DNA of 62,096 nucleotides from an uncultured virus (IMG/VR IMGVR_UViG_3300034108_002091). Its lineage: Duplodnaviria > Heunggongvirae > Uroviricota > Caudoviricetes. A model generated the notes under the pieces. It searched no databases. It had not been told where the DNA came from and saw nothing but the letters and a program-made list of their open reading frames with translations. The stretch lies in the IMG/VR virus record IMGVR_UViG_3300034108_002091; one strand, 5' to 3'. Position 1 is the stretch's first letter. Each line of letters begins with the position of its first letter. This document shows, one piece after another, positions 40,654-51,023 of the stretch. The position numbers and the translations under genes are program-made.

Positions 40654-41942
40654 TTATTCAGACACAGAAGGATCAGTCGATGTTTCTGCAACATCAGTAT
40701 TTTCAGCCAAAACAGTACCTAAAGCTTCGCGCTCATTTTCACTGTCATGGATTTCCTGTTCCAACGCTGGGCCTACCAGTGATTCAGAAACAGGCTCGGA
40801 AGGAAAAAACACTTCCTCTGGTTTAAGAGGGTATTGAGCCATTTCATTTTCCTGGAGATCATCAGGCAGTACAGGAACTTCAGGTACCGTATTGGCATCA
40901 GTCAGCGCATCTTCGGTCACTGTAACAAAATCATTTGGAGGCGGCGGTGGCAACTCGCTGTCAATGGGAACTGAAGGTGCTTCAAACTCTTTAGGCGTAT
41001 GCTCAGAGAAATTCAGCATCTCACTATCAGTCAGCATATCGTAGCTGGCTTGATTAATGAGTTCTCCAATGTAGAACTGTTTGCTCAGTGAATGAGAACG
41101 GAACTGTGTGATTGCTTGATAATTTTTGTCGGACATTGTTATTTATTTAGATGGTTTAGAAACAAGGTGAATAAAATGGCTGCTATAAGTACAATTACAT
41201 ACTGCAGCCATTCCCATAGATCTTTGAGTTTTTTCATTTCAGTAGTTCTTTAAGGAAATACAGAATGGATACAATCACCATTACAATAGAAAGGCTTAAT
41301 CCTACATATGGAATAGCACTTTCCTGTCTTGGGATGTACATATGCCGGCGTCGTCTCATTTTTTCAGAACTTTTTTGTTATACCACTCTTTTCTCCACTT
41401 CTTTTTAGCTGATTCATCATTAGATGCTCTACAACTAAATGTTGTCCTGTAACCTTTAATGATATCCGGTACTTGGGGAGATTTCGTCTTTTGAAAATCA
41501 CCATTTGCATTGAAGTGGTAAAAGAATGTTTTCTTATCCAACGGTGCTTCTGGTGCAGTTACCAATACTTTACCGCCAAAGCCTCGATTATTTGGTTGAG
41601 CTACTCCCATCATGGCTTGTGCTGCTATAATTGTTGAAAGAGCATTTGATATTTTCATAAAAAGAGGTTGAAGTTGGTGAGATAATAGATTTTGTGCGCT
41701 TTGTTGTAGTAAATGTCATTGTGCCCTGGTACAGAAAACACTTGAAAAGGCATATCTACAGGAGGTTTATAACCTTCCTCTATAGAGCCTTTACAGTAGT
41801 ATTTTTCTTTTTTCATTGCATCTGCTAATCCATAAAGCAACATGACGTGAGATTTTTCCGGAACAAATTGCTTCATCTTAATGATCAGCTCCATTTGTTC
41901 TACAGAGAAACCATCAAGATTGATGATGATAGGAGTTTCCAT
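40654..41942 (-). other. Hypothetical CDS (40654-41136 acidic/Pro-rich, 41356-41658, 41655-41942)
   Basis: ORFs with AT-rich starts. Confidence 0.6.
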
Positions 41943-41951
41943 AAAATGTGT

Positions 41952-42449
41952 TTAGAGCAGACCTTCATCTGCGAATGAAAAATAGCCTTGGTCAGAAAGA
42001 ATGATGTGATCCAAAACAATAATGTCGTGAAGTTTAGCCGCTTCTTTTATTTTTAAAGTAAGCTCACGATCTTGAATTGATGGACGAAGGCTTCCGGAAG
42101 GATGGTTATGGCATAATACCATTCCACAAGCACCTACCATTAAAGCCATTTGAAGAATTACCCGAGGATCCGCAACAGTACCGCTCATTCCACCTTGAGA
42201 TACAAGATAAAAATGAACAGGTCTGTTAGATCGATTCAGAAATACAACAGAGAAATATTCAATTCGGCTAACAAGCAATTCAGCATAATGATTTTGAAGT
42301 ATTTGGGCAATGTGCTGGGTACCAATTACAACTGGTAAGTCAGCTGTTTTTCTCGGTTCGCGAACATAGAACGGTGCAATTTCATTAAGCATCATGGCTT
42401 TTCGCACATCCGGATGCATTTTTCGACGTGATCGAATGATAGTGTACAT
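41952..42449 (-). CDS. radC: RadC-like JAB/MPN domain protein
   Basis: EYFSVVFLNRSN..GGMSGTVADPR..HNHPSGSLRPSIQD..LDHII. Confidence 0.92.
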   Translation of the reverse strand: MYTIIRSRRKMHPDVRKAMMLNEIAPFYVREPRKTADLPVVIGTQHIAQILQNHYAELLVSRIEYFSVVFLNRSNRPVHFYLVSQGGMSGTVADPRVILQMALMVGACGMVLCHNHPSGSLRPSIQDRELTLKIKEAAKLHDIIVLDHIILSDQGYFSFADEGLL

Positions 42450-42458
42450 GGGAGATAT

Positions 42459-42686
42459 TTAAGATGATAGAATAATGTTTTTCTCATTAACCACTTGAAT
42501 AGACACCGGATCTAAATTGGCTCTGATCCAGGCTTTAGCTTCGCGAACATCGCTAGGTGTGTGGTGATCTTCTTTAACCAACGTGTAGTGAGCGCCATCA
42601 GGACCTGTGATATACGATGTATACAATAGATCTGTAGATTCACCGTTTCCTGTAACACCCTCTGGGCGTATGATTTCTTTTTCCAT
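42459..42686 (-). CDS. Hypothetical protein
   Basis: Likely start MEKEII. Confidence 0.55.
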   Translation of the reverse strand: MEKEIIRPEGVTGNGESTDLLYTSYITGPDGAHYTLVKEDHHTPSDVREAKAWIRANLDPVSIQVVNEKNIILSS

Positions 42687-42756
42687 AGTAAAAAATGAGG
42701 GAGCATTTGGCTCCCCCAAATAATGTTGACGAACCTAATCGTTTAGTTTATTTTTC

Positions 42757-42772
42757 CAATATGTCAAAGAAC
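42757..42772 (-). promoter_or_regulatory. boxA-like antitermination motif
   Basis: Minus strand GTTCTTTGACATATTG, resembling the boxA of Bacteroidota rRNA operon spacers; intergenic. Confidence 0.55.
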
Positions 42773-42952
42773 ACCGTTTATACTGCTGCCAGTCCACTGG
42801 TTCTCCTTCAGTGAGTTCCCCTTAAGCCTTAAGGCATTGTTCATTACTTCCAATAATGATTAATAGAGAACGAGTTTAGAATAGGTAATGAATAAAGAAA
42901 CCCGGGAGCTACCCGGGTTTACTTTAATTTCCCATGACACCTATTCAGTGTG

Positions 42953-43022
42953 TTGCGGTCGCCGGTAACGCTCCGGTTTACTGGCTTATGAGACCAGTGT
43001 GATACTTATTCACTTCCCCGCA
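42953..43022 (-). tRNA. tRNA-Met(CAT)-like, non-canonical
   Basis: Anticodon arm CTGGT-CTCATAA-GCCAG, T arm CCGG-AGCGTTA-CCGG, acceptor TGCGG/CCGCA with mismatches at pairs 6-7. Confidence 0.65.
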
Positions 43023-43124
43023 ATTTACCAGCGCGTATTAAACCCCCACCTGCCGCTTCCGTGGTGCAACCCCAAAACGAGTCTTACAAGTTTTGTGTGG
43101 GTTTATTTTTGTGGTTTAAAAATT

Positions 43125-43215
43125 TGCACCGTAGGGGCTTTCCACCCCTATCCCCCTAAGTTAATAGGGTCGCTACTCTAATCGTGGTATTCATTCCCAC
43201 TTGCGCCAACGATGC
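43125..43215 (-). ncRNA. tRNA-like element with expanded D arm and no canonical anticodon loop
   Basis: 7-bp acceptor GCATCGT/ACGGTGC, T arm AGGGG-TGGAAAG-CCCCT, stem CCCTA-TTAACT-TAGGG, extra hairpin GTGG..CCAC in the D region. Confidence 0.6.
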
Positions 43216-43278
43216 ATTATCTTAAAATAATTTTGTAAAAGAACTGTGATTACTCACAGGATTGGATTATCTAAAGGT

Positions 43279-43286
43279 CAAATATA
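43279..43286 (-). promoter_or_regulatory. Bacteroidota -7 promoter upstream of the tRNA-like cluster
   Basis: Minus strand TATATTTG. Confidence 0.5.
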
Positions 43287-43362
43287 TGTAATGTCAGTAA
43301 TTTTCCAAAGAAAAGATCCCCCGTTTCCAGGGGATCTTGATATTCACCTTAAACCCCAAAGT

Positions 43363-43623
43363 TTATGGCTTGGCGCCATCATAATTTGTCAATACCTGCC
43401 GGTAATAGGCCAGCGGTATAAATACGTGCTTATCGGAAAATATTGTCATGCGCCGTGGGACAGTAAAATCCAATCTCTCAGTCGTGATCCTGTATATACG
43501 GGGATATGCCTCGTTTTCAAAGCAATTCTCCTTTTTAAAGCGGATCCGGCTGTTGGATTTGTAGTCAAACCATAGATTGTGATGTTTGATTTCAGGTGCC
43601 GTCTCAGGAGCCTGAGTAACCAT
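43363..43623 (-). CDS. Hypothetical protein
   Basis: 86-aa ORF following the ATPase. Confidence 0.55.
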   Translation of the reverse strand: MVTQAPETAPEIKHHNLWFDYKSNSRIRFKKENCFENEAYPRIYRITTERLDFTVPRRMTIFSDKHVFIPLAYYRQVLTNYDGAKP

Positions 43624-43625
43624 AA

Positions 43626-44453
43626 TTAATCCAAGGTGAGTTTGTTTTGGAATGTTACCTGCGTCAGTTCTTCTTCTTCCAGCTTACCGCCTTTAATGAA
43701 GAATTTGTTGATGATGGTATTGACCATCCGGGCACCCAGCGTATTGAACTCGTAATTTTTCTGGATGAAGGCTTTCAGCGTATAGATCGTTGATTCACGG
43801 TCCACTTCTGGAAAGAGCTCCAGATAACTAGCCAATAGCGGGGATGATTCCAGGATATCGTACAGATTGTCCAGCGACAGGTCCTCAGTATTGTATATCA
43901 GTGGTACCCGGCCCAAAAATTCTGTTTTAAGTCCCAGATCACGCAGCCGATCGATGGAAATATTCTTTTCGCCATTGAATGCACCGGCAAATACCAGCAT
44001 CATTTTTTTCATAGGTACATTGATGAACTTACCATAGTCACCGAATACAGATGCGTGATCGGCTTCCAGAATTTTCAGAAACTCATTCTGAACGCCTGTA
44101 GTGGACTCATGGGCACCAGAGCTATTTGAATTACCTGATACAAAAAGTTTATCGAACTCATCTATAAAAACAATTGTAGGGCGATTGTAGCAATTTTGTA
44201 TAGGGGACAGTGCTTTGGATAGACTGTTACCTGATACCCCTTCTTTGGTCAGCTGGGCAGCGTTGATCTCCATAAAATTGAGGTCCTTGGCTTTGGCCAG
44301 GTTATAGATGGTAAATGATTTACCTGAACCAGAGGATCCTGTAAGAAAGAAATGAGGACGGATTACGCATTCTGATGCTTTGAATATGTCGAATATCTTA
44401 TTGATCTCTTTGACCAGTTTTTCCTGGCCAACAATGGGTTGTACTTTTTTCAT
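43626..44453 (-). CDS. ClpX-like AAA+ ATPase lacking the N-terminal Zn domain
   Basis: IVGQE, GSSGSGKS, T.EG.SG, VFIDEFDKL, GVQNEFLKILE, FAGAF, EFLGRVP, LGAR. Confidence 0.8.
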   Translation of the reverse strand: MKKVQPIVGQEKLVKEINKIFDIFKASECVIRPHFFLTGSSGSGKSFTIYNLAKAKDLNFMEINAAQLTKEGVSGNSLSKALSPIQNCYNRPTIVFIDEFDKLFVSGNSNSSGAHESTTGVQNEFLKILEADHASVFGDYGKFINVPMKKMMLVFAGAFNGEKNISIDRLRDLGLKTEFLGRVPLIYNTEDLSLDNLYDILESSPLLASYLELFPEVDRESTIYTLKAFIQKNYEFNTLGARMVNTIINKFFIKGGKLEEEELTQVTFQNKLTLD

Positions 44454-44773
44454 TATGCTTGGATTTTTGTGAGGTTATTTTTGGTGATTACATGATCAAC
44501 CATTCTTTCAACCAAGGCTGTATCAACAGGGAATTCATCCAGTGTTTTCTGAGAAAACCTTCTCATATCCAGAACGTGTTTTTTAATTCCGCTGAATCCA
44601 ATGAATGATCGGCAACCAGATGTTACCATTTCAGGGGTAACATGAAGTTTTAAACCCCGAGCTTCATTGTTGCCGGTAAAGTAGTTCATGCCTCCTTTAG
44701 AATACATCAGTTCTACTGTTACCGTATTGGCATCTTTTCCTTGTACGGGTATTTCAATAATTTTTCTTCGCAT
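44453..44773 (-). CDS. Hypothetical phage protein
   Basis: Likely start MRRKII; YSKGGMNYFTG..RG. Confidence 0.65.
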   Translation of the reverse strand: MRRKIIEIPVQGKDANTVTVELMYSKGGMNYFTGNNEARGLKLHVTPEMVTSGCRSFIGFSGIKKHVLDMRRFSQKTLDEFPVDTALVERMVDHVITKNNLTKIQA

Positions 44774-44834
44774 GGCTGTGAGTTTAATGGTGAATAAAAA
44801 GCCCAGTATAGACATACCAGGCTGATACATACTT

Positions 44835-45410
44835 TAATTCTATTAGCACCCTCTCTAAGTCAAACGCTTATGACACGGAGTAGGGTCAGGAGAAAATGTG
44901 GACCTTCTCGGAAACTGACCGTATTAAGCTTTTTATAGCTGTTCGGGTTACTGTCTTTCATGGTGTACAATTTCTCGGTGCTGAGCGTTCATTCGTGTTG
45001 TAAAGACTGCCTTATCTTTAATGACTATTGGGTATCTCATGCCCTTGAGACAACACGTCCGCCATTACTGACGGCAATTCAGAACTCGTCAGGGTGTATC
45101 TACCGGCTAAAAGCATTTCGATACTCATAAACTTGCGTTCTAGGCTTTTTGTTAGCCTGTTGTCAAATAGGATTTCATACCTATATCTGCACTCTAGTCG
45201 AATTACCTGTGCCCGAAAGGTTGGGTTTCAATTCGTTTCCCTCGCCTCCTGCTCTGATGAAGATTGGAGCTATTGACAATAATCCATGGTGGTCTATCTC
45301 CCGACCAAGGAGACCATGGTACCAGTCGTCCGGCGGGCTTTTACCAGCATCGCGGGCCCGTGATCAAGGGCGCTTCAGTGGCAGTCAACCTGTACGTTGG
45401 CATTCGCTTC
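44835..45410 (-). ncRNA. Candidate large structured non-coding RNA (~570 nt)
   Basis: No credible ORF in an otherwise gene-dense arm; many hairpins, a multibranch stem and possible pseudoknot pairings (see findings). Strand inferred from flanking genes. Confidence 0.55.
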
Positions 45411-45983
45411 TTAAAATACGTTCGCTCGCTGTTTGGCCTGTTCCTGTTTTCGCAGATCGCTCAGGATAAGGTTCTCGTAATGTATATTAACAGCCACACT
45501 GGATGAAATTTCTATCCAGACACCATTATCCCATCGGGCAAAGTAGTTTATCTTATCATTCCGGATTGCAGTCATTTCATAGCCGTCTCCATCATAATAA
45601 GGGTTTATGAATTCAGTATAGATATCTGTAGGTTTGCCGTATTTATCTCTCAGTATAGAATAGTATTCGTTGAATTGATCTTTAAGGCCTGACCAGGTAG
45701 ATTTTTCTGGTAACTGAACCATAATTTTCCATACTTGCTTGGAGATAGGCGTAGCACCAGCAGCTACCGTCAGTTCACTACCGGCCACTTTGCCGGTAAA
45801 TACAGTAACAGCATCATCGCTGTTTACAACTTTAAATCCTTTTTCTTTCAGTTTGGCTGTCACATCGGACAGTTTACCTTTTACTTCGATGCCCATAAAT
45901 TCCTGGGCAGCGACAGCATTAAAAGCGAGTGCACATGCAATAAGCATGGCAAACATTTGCGTTAGAAGAGATCTGAATTTCAT
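45411..45983 (-). CDS. Secreted protein with signal peptide
   Basis: Hydrophobic leader ..AVAAQ then EFMGIEVKG..KLKEKGF..KYGKP, like Bacteroidota periplasmic proteins. Confidence 0.7.
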   Translation of the reverse strand: MKFRSLLTQMFAMLIACALAFNAVAAQEFMGIEVKGKLSDVTAKLKEKGFKVVNSDDAVTVFTGKVAGSELTVAAGATPISKQVWKIMVQLPEKSTWSGLKDQFNEYYSILRDKYGKPTDIYTEFINPYYDGDGYEMTAIRNDKINYFARWDNGVWIEISSSVAVNIHYENLILSDLRKQEQAKQRANVF

Positions 45984-47806
45984 TTTGTTTTTGTTGAATG
46001 GTTAGAAAATTGTTCACGATATACCTTAACAATGTATGCACCAGTTACCAGAAATGAGGTAACTATGATGAATAACTGCCAGTTAAGCCGAGTGTTGAGA
46101 GGACGAGGATCATACGAAATGATCCAACAAACCGCGACTGCCATAATCAGCATTAACACGTCCAATAGCATCTTTTTCATTTTCAAATTTTTGAATGTGT
46201 TTTTTAAGCCAATCGATTCTTGGAAGTAATGCTTTGTAATGATCTTTTAGTAAATGATCAGGAACAGCAAACATGTACAGGTCGTTTTTAGGTGTTCCAT
46301 TATCACGTGCAAAAAAATACAATGCAAACATATCATTGCAGTCAGCGTAATAACAAAGCCCCCTATTCATAGTTTTAAGGGTAAGAATTTCCAATCTTTG
46401 TTTTTCAGAATAGGCTAATTCATAATCAGCCAACGCTTGTTTGAGTTGTTCTAAGAGTATCATGGCACAGCGATTTTGGTTCGGTAAACGAAATGCTTAT
46501 GGGCTTTGCAGTACATTTTCTGTCGATATTCAGTTACTATTGACATACACTGTTTCTCATCAGTATGTATAACTGCACAGCTCATTGTGTACTTTATTGT
46601 TTTCTTCCAGTGGCCGTATCTGGTAAATTTACATGGTGGCTCAAATGAGCAGCACAGTACAATAACCAGTAAGAGTAATGTTCTCATATGCTTTAATTGA
46701 TAGGATGAAGTGGCCTGATCTCATTGTATATGGTGGGATAGTTCTCTTTCAGGTAATCGTATTTAGCACTACGATAGAACTGATATATTTCATGGAAACG
46801 AGAAATAAAATGGGACGTATCGGTTGGAAATTCCATTGTGAATTGAATACCACTTACTTGAGAACTTTTAAACAGTAACTGCTTGTTATTGAGTATTCCC
46901 TGATATTGAAACCACATTGGGCTTTCGTGTGTACCAAAGCCTATGGTCTGATACAATTTAGCACGATGCTGAAGATGAGTATAGAACTCAGGAAGAGTAG
47001 TTTTTAAAAGTTTTTCCAGTTGGATATCCATGATAGTATGAGTTAAAAGGTGATAAAATATATCTGCAGGCGGCGCTAGTTGGACGGTACCCCATTAAGA
47101 GCGCCAACCTACTGCAGATAGTTATTTGACTTCAGAAATAAGCACATATGTTGAGCCGTAGCTCGTAACAGTATCGCCAGGTAAAAAACCGTGTTTGGCT
47201 TCAATAATGTGCATTGTGTATCCTTCTACCGTCCGAAACGTAGTTTGTGATATCCATATTTCTTTGGCACGAAACTGTTTAGTATTACTACCACAGCTGG
47301 CAAAGAACAAGCAGATGATGATTACCCAGGGTATATGCGTACGCTGGGTTTGAACAATGAATATCCCGGCAATAGCCAGCAATACAGCACCGCCCATTAT
47401 TAAAGCGTTATCGGCTTTGGTTCCTTGCGGGTCTCCCCATACAAGGATAACAATGGCGATAATGATCATTAGCACGCCAAGGAGTTTGTAAAATTTCATA
47501 CGTTTAGGTTGTGGGGTGAATAAATGGTTATCGACGAAATTTAGGGGCCCGCTTACGCCAATGTTTAGGATGCACAGGTTTACTATAATCAAAAAGATGC
47601 ATTGGTGGTACTGGAGCCGGTGCTTCAAATTTGAATATCTTTTCTACTTCAGGCTTTAGAGTATTGAACTCTTCCGCGCTGATAAGAATGAGATCTTTAG
47701 GGTCTGCAGTTGGCATTATTCTAGGCAGTATTGTTTTCATTTCATCCAGGCTGTGATTGTCTGGTGAGCATATGCCTACTAATACAACACGAAAGAATGT
47801 AGCCAT
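45980..47806 (-). other. Small CDS, several membrane or lipoprotein-like (45980-46186, 46110-46463, 46460-46687, 46693-47031, 47122-47499, 47528-47806)
   Basis: Packed ORFs with TM segments or signal peptides. Confidence 0.55.
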
Positions 47807-47994
47807 CGTATCAATTTTTTGGTGTGAACGCCATATTCATGGCAAGATAATGATGAAAAGGAACAATATTGCTAATATTTTGTCATTGAGTAATTTTACT
47901 CATTTGATTGAGTAAAGTTCAGAATGTCACAGAATAAGGGTAAATTTTGGACCAGGCTGTAATGAAATAAGGGTAAACTATACCCAATAGGATA

Positions 47995-48258
47995 TAAAAC
48001 AAACAGGCCTCACAGAATGGCAACCTCAATTGGTTATCTCTGCTATTGGCCTGTTTACACCAGGAATAGTCCATCACCCGGCTATACCCTTACCTTGGGC
48101 TTGGATCCAGCTTATATTATCCAGCATCACAGCATGCTCTGGATCACGCGAATCCCTGCTTAAAATTACCGCCTAGTCCAGTGACCGGCAGCGTAAAACT
48201 GTTTCGTCCAATTGCTATGACCGGACAGTGCAGGGAAAGTTTTGGTTTGGGCCCAGAA
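47995..48258 (-). ncRNA. Candidate structured RNA
   Basis: Intergenic; stems AAACAGGCC/GGCCTGTTT, GATCCAG/CTGGATC, TCCCTGC/GCAGGGA, TGGGC/GCCCA. Confidence 0.4.
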
Positions 48259-48259
48259 G

Positions 48260-51023
48260 TTATGGTCTGAACAATTCAATGTACTTATTGGCTGTCTTTA
48301 ATCGTGCAAGGATCTCATACTCTGAACAGTGCAGCTTACGCATCATGGCCTGTACTATTTCTTCTTCACTAACCATGTTTTCCCTTAGGCTGACCACAGT
48401 ATGAGCAAAATGCTTGATTGTTGTGATACTCCCAAATGAGTTCACAAATTCCTGTTGTTCTTTTGTTAATGTCTCCATGGTAGTTTTATTGAATCATTAG
48501 ATGAATCATTACTGGTTTGGGCTTCGATCTGTTCCTTAGCAATCCAGGCTATAGCGTCTATCTCAGCCATTTTAGGTAAAGGATATCCGTATATTGATGA
48601 TATCTCAACATAACGATCGGCATTGTATGACCAGATGTGAAATGCATAATTTGCCATTCCCCACTCGACAATATCAATGATGTAGTAGCCATGGATAACC
48701 ACGTTAACAGACCGTTTATTCTTTTGGAACGGGACAATTTTTTCTACCGGTAATGGCTGCAGTATGAAGAACATCATCATGCTGGCTAATCCATCAATAT
48801 CCTTGAGATCAATAACAGCTTGTGAGCTGCCTTTATTTTTACCTGTCGTCAGGAAATCATGTATAATCCTGACAAGATTCCCGGTTTGTTTGATTAGGTC
48901 CTTATTTGACATCATAATTTTTAGGTTTAAGGCTTAATATGCATGGGCTGCCAAACACAGTTCCTTAATCTTATTCAAAATCCATACAAGGTCAGGCTCA
49001 GTAATTGACTTGAACAACTTATTGTTGGCAGCATAACCCTGCTCTCCAGGATAAGAGATTGTAATGATATACTGACCTTTGGTCCAATGATCAATGGTAA
49101 AATTCATTTTAGGCTCACCCTTATCATTTTGTACATATACGCTACCAGTCTCATCTTCTGCCCGATCTTCAACAGAAAAGGCTGAATATTTATCAACCAG
49201 ATATAACACAGCGTACAGTTCAACTTTGGTCATGGCTCAGCATTTATCGATTATCAATAATTTTTAACCAAGTTAGGCTAGCAACACATCTCCTCTATCA
49301 CTCTCTTAACATCTAATAGAATAGAATCATTAATACCAAGTATATAACTCAAACACTTCTCCCCATTTCTATTCACATATGATAAAGTAACACAATAACC
49401 CTTAACAGAACGGTGCTCAACCTCTACCAACATCGTTGCAATACCTCGAACATTATACAGCGTAATATCACCTAACTCATTACTCCCCCTATCATCCCTG
49501 TATGAAAGAGATGATCCCTCAATCACACACATTAGCTGATTCAACTCTCTTTTATCCATCTCAATCAATATTTATCGATTATCAATATCTAACGCCATAT
49601 CCTCAGCAACAAACATAACCATTATCACTCATTTTATACATACCCATAACCCTGGATGACGGCCGGGCCAACGTGCGCGCGGCCTCATCACAAGGATAGA
49701 AAACCCCAAGATCACAATTAAAACCATCCGTATAAGTCGTTGAGGGTCAGTGGGATATGGTGGATGATTGAAATTTATTCTGAATCATCCTGAATCCAGC
49801 TGGCAATTGTATCATCAGCATAGACTGTTAGTTCTTTACAGAATCTAGCGTTATGGTTATTGTCAATGATGGTACACTGAGAGAATACTCTAATATCCTC
49901 GGAGTCTGGATGTTGTTTTCCTTCGGTAGTTGAGACGATGATGTGTCCAGTAGAGAGCAAATAGCAGTATTTCATAATTGATGTTATTTAATGAAGTGAT
50001 TAATTTATTGAATGAAACCATAGATGTATAATGATAATCCATAATATGGTCTCGGAAAATACCGACTGGAGACAAATCGAAGCTGGTTTGATTAGATAAT
50101 ATCTAATTCAAGGGTAAACATAGGTGCCAGCTAGCGAGGCCGACACCGATGTTAAGGAATTTGTGGGTGGTTCAGGCTACTGCCTGTCCCAGGCGATCAT
50201 GTCCGCAAGGGTCATGACCATGCCCATGTAAATGTAGGTCTGCATAGTGGATGGGAAATGTTAACTATCGAAACAGAACGAGAATCAGTCTTTTTAAAAA
50301 CAGAACGAGAAGTGGTCTTTAAAAAATCATCCATATTTCTATGGATGACATTGGCCAGCGTAATAACTATCCGGGTCAAAATGGTCTTCTTCATCAAATG
50401 ATGAACCATCGGCGGCCATAATCATAGGCTCTCCATCAAATGATAAAAGGTCATATACATTACCTTTAACCAAATTGCAATCCTCAATTATTCCCAATTT
50501 TTCCTTTTCAATGGCAAGGGGTGTTTTTCTTTCGTCCCAAAAACATAGCTTGCCCTTTGGGCTTACTCCTAAAAATCTTACTAGCATGGCTTTGAATTTT
50601 AAAGGTTAAAAATAAGGCTAGGTATTACCCTAGCCCTATCTCTTACGCAATGGCTTGCTTCAGCCTTGCATTCTTGTACTCTCCATTTTGGAATACCACA
50701 ATTTCGTAGCTCTCACCTTCAACCATCTTGAGAAGGCTATCAGGGTCAACCGTCACGTTGATTACTTCGCCGGTCTCAACCTTCATGCGCGCGCTCAGAT
50801 TACTCCACTTCTTTTTGTGGTTAGGGTTAGGCGTGCCATCAGCCTTCTTAGGCTTGTTGACTTCACCGCTCCTGTGTTCACCTTGACCCAGCCACTCAGC
50901 TGAATAGTCGCCTGCTTCCATTCCTGAAATTGCAGACGGCAAACCAATCGGTAAATCGCTTTCATTGTGTGCTTTCACAACTGCTGCAACTTCGGCAGCC
51001 TCGAATTTTTTAACTTGACTCAT
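48260..51023 (-). other. Small early-type CDS (48260-48478, 48466-48915, 48934-49233, 49278-49568, 49775-49975, 50339-50587, 50643-51023)
   Basis: Short ORFs separated by long spacers next to the divergence point. Confidence 0.55.
49242..49587 (-). repeat. 18-bp exact direct repeat upstream of two adjacent genes
   Basis: ATTTATCGATTATCAATA at 49242-49259 and 49570-49587. Confidence 0.75.

Noticed and set aside
40386..40694. 102-aa minus-strand ORF
   Set aside because: Overlaps the tRNA-Leu-like element and hairpins; probably spurious.
41952..42449. RadC as the PRTRC JAB (protein A) component
   Set aside because: It lies 26 kb away and is an ordinary stand-alone RadC-type protein; the link is only speculation.
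45060..45270. Hammerhead ribozyme (CTGACGAG, CTGATGA) or group I intron core (GACTAG..AGATATAG)
   Set aside because: The GAAA/stem II geometry and P7 pairing are missing, and no interrupted gene flanks the region.
45094..45506. Plus-strand ORFs 45094-45276, 45149-45469, 45264-45506
   Set aside because: Antisense to the arm, non-ATG starts and atypical composition; better explained by RNA structure.
48195..48230. Hammerhead-like GGACGAAAC on the minus strand
   Set aside because: No matching CUGANGA core upstream.
50270..50325. Short tandem duplication AAACAGAACGAGAA
   Set aside because: Only two copies and no supporting context.
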